From NCBI RefSeq assembly GCF_009914755.1, contig NC_060943.1: a stretch of DNA of 64,000 nt; one strand, written 5' to 3'. This DNA is from the human T2T-CHM13v2.0 reference genome, Homo sapiens. Each line of letters begins with the position of its first letter. The stretch's first letter is position 1. Under the pieces are notes generated by a model. It searched no databases. It was not told where the DNA came from and was given only the letters and a program-made list of their open reading frames with translations. Positions 59,941-64,000 of the stretch are shown piece after piece. Both the position numbers and the translations under genes were made by a program.

Positions 59941-60601
59941 CTCTTAGGCAGAGGGTTCCTGGACTCCCTGTGTAATGAGAGAAGGGGAAGGGATTGGAGG
60001 GGAAGGTTTGAGGGCCCATTGGAGGCTGAGGAGAAGCAGGAGGACTTGGCGGTTCACAGAAGAAAAACCTCAGACCTACACGTGGTCAGAGCTCATCCCC
60101 TCTGCACAGAGCAGAGGGAGACTCCAGAGACCTCCCCAGAGGGGAGCAAATAAGGAGCAGAGATCTTATATTTCCTCTCATCTGAGAGCTTCCCTCCACC
60201 ACCAGAGCCTGGACTAGGATCTCTGGGGACATCTGAGGCATGGGACACTCATGAGGGTCTAAGGTTCTCCCACCCTGAGGTGCTTTTTTGTGCACCACCG
60301 TTTATACCTGGGAACATGTCACTCCTGGTCTGGTCCCAGAGAGTCACAACCTCATCTAGAGTCATGAGGAAGTCAGTCCTGCAGGATGGAGGATTCTGTA
60401 GGTTCTGTGGGAGTGTCTGGGACAGTGAAAAGAAGAAGGGTCCTGGGTGCAGTGTGGGTGGTAGCCATTCACTCATTCATACATTCATTCATTCACCAAA
60501 CACACAGTGAGCATCTGTGTGTCAGTGGGGCTGGAGAAAAGATGCCAGGGACCTGGTCCCCACCCTTGAGATGGCCCCCACCCATAGCCTCATGTCCTCA
60601 C

Positions 60602-60604
<3 letters not shown>

Positions 60605-60633
<29 letters not shown>
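60605..60633. repeat. (CA)n microsatellite
   Basis: Direct inspection. Confidence 0.9.
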
Positions 60634-60636
<3 letters not shown>

Positions 60637-60694
60637 GCTTTAGAGCTGTGGACACTGGTGAATTTGCCGTATGTCATGGTAGAATTCTAGGTGG

Positions 60695-62890
<2,196 letters not shown>

Positions 62891-63727
62891 ATTGTCAAAG
62901 TGTTCTCCAAAGTGTGAGTGCCACTTCATATCCCCACCAGCAAAACATGTGAGTTCTGGTTGCTCTACATTCTCATTAATATTTGGTATTATCAGGAATG
63001 TGTAAAATTTATTTTTCTTTTGGTTTGGTTTTGTAGCCATTCTAATAGGTATGTACTGCCACCTCATTCTAGTTCTAATCCACGATTTCATAAGAGCAAA
63101 TGGCGTTGGGAATGTTTCCATTCATGTGATTATTTGCCATGAGTTTTTCTTCTTTGATGAGGAGGCTGATCAAATCTTTAGTGCTTTTTAAAATCCGTCT
63201 TAAAATACACATAACAAAAATTACCATTTTAATCATTTTTCAGTGCACAGGTAAGTGGCATTAAGTACTTTCACACTCTTATGCAATTATCAACCATTGA
63301 TCTCCAGAAATGTCTTCATCTTGCCAAATTGAAACTCTGTACCCACTGAAAGATAACTCCCTATTCCGTCCTGCTCCCAGCCCACGGCAGCCAACTTTCT
63401 ACTTTCTGTCTATGAATTTGCCTATTCTAGATACCTCCTATAAGTGGAATCATACAGTATTGGTAACTTTTGTGACTGGCTAATTTCATGTGGCATAGTG
63501 TCTCCAAGCTTCATCTAAGTTGCAACACGTGTCAGAATCTCCTTCTTTTTAAGGTATTTCATTGTATGTATATAATATAGAGGCTTTTGACCAGTGTAGC
63601 TCATCCTGAATTATCGAGTTGATCCTTAAATCCAATCAGAAGTGTCTTGCTGGGAGAGGAACAGATGGAGATTTGATGTACACAGAAGGCGGCGGTGTCT
63701 GGGCAAACCCATCACCTCAAATGCATC

Positions 63728-63746
63728 TCACCACCAGGGGGAGCCA
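63728..63746 (+). promoter_or_regulatory. CTCF-like motif
   Basis: TCACCACCAGGGGGAGCCA, close to CTCF core CCACCAGGGGGCGC. Confidence 0.55.
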
Positions 63747-64000
63747 TAGAGTTGTGCGATGCATCCACCCTAATCTTTGTACAACCTCCTGTGGATAGGA
63801 GTAAGAAGTGGATAGAGAGGGTGAGAGGCAGGAGCCTCCAGTCAGCTTCCAAAGATGGGAGTGAGATGGAAAATAACAAGAATGACATTAACAATAACAA
63901 TAACATTACAAATAACATTAAGTTATAACAGCTACCTCTTGTGGCAAAAACCAGAGTAGGGGGCTGTGAGAAACCCACCTTATGTACAGCGCCTCAGAGA

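Overview
Human (primate) genomic DNA from the CD33-related Siglec cluster (chr19q13.4), recognised from the translated exons. Two intact genes lie on the - strand: SIGLEC10 (11 coding exons, 8212->1730, 697 aa) and SIGLEC8 (7 coding exons, 49007->42999, 499 aa). I checked both exon sets for GT/AG sites, phase and total length. Three decayed Siglec loci are also present, all on the - strand: a leader+V-set+C2 pseudogene (58982-59940), a leader+V-set relic (51951-52419), and a C2 + Arg-containing transmembrane + short-tail relic (16637-17307) resembling the 3' end of an activating SIGLEC14-type receptor, just upstream of SIGLEC10. The rest is dense in Alu, L1, MaLR/ERV LTRs and DNA transposons. 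Notable structures: sense-oriented LTRs at the 3' end of both genes and in SIGLEC10 intron 9; a TSD-flanked L1 insertion with a 1.1-kb unique tag and an inversion; a near-perfect 150-bp inverted repeat; and an old duplicated block in which a CTCF-like site has been flipped. Most ORFs in the supplied track are Alu/L1 artefacts. Repeat subfamily names come from recalled consensus sequences and need RepeatMasker/Dfam confirmation.
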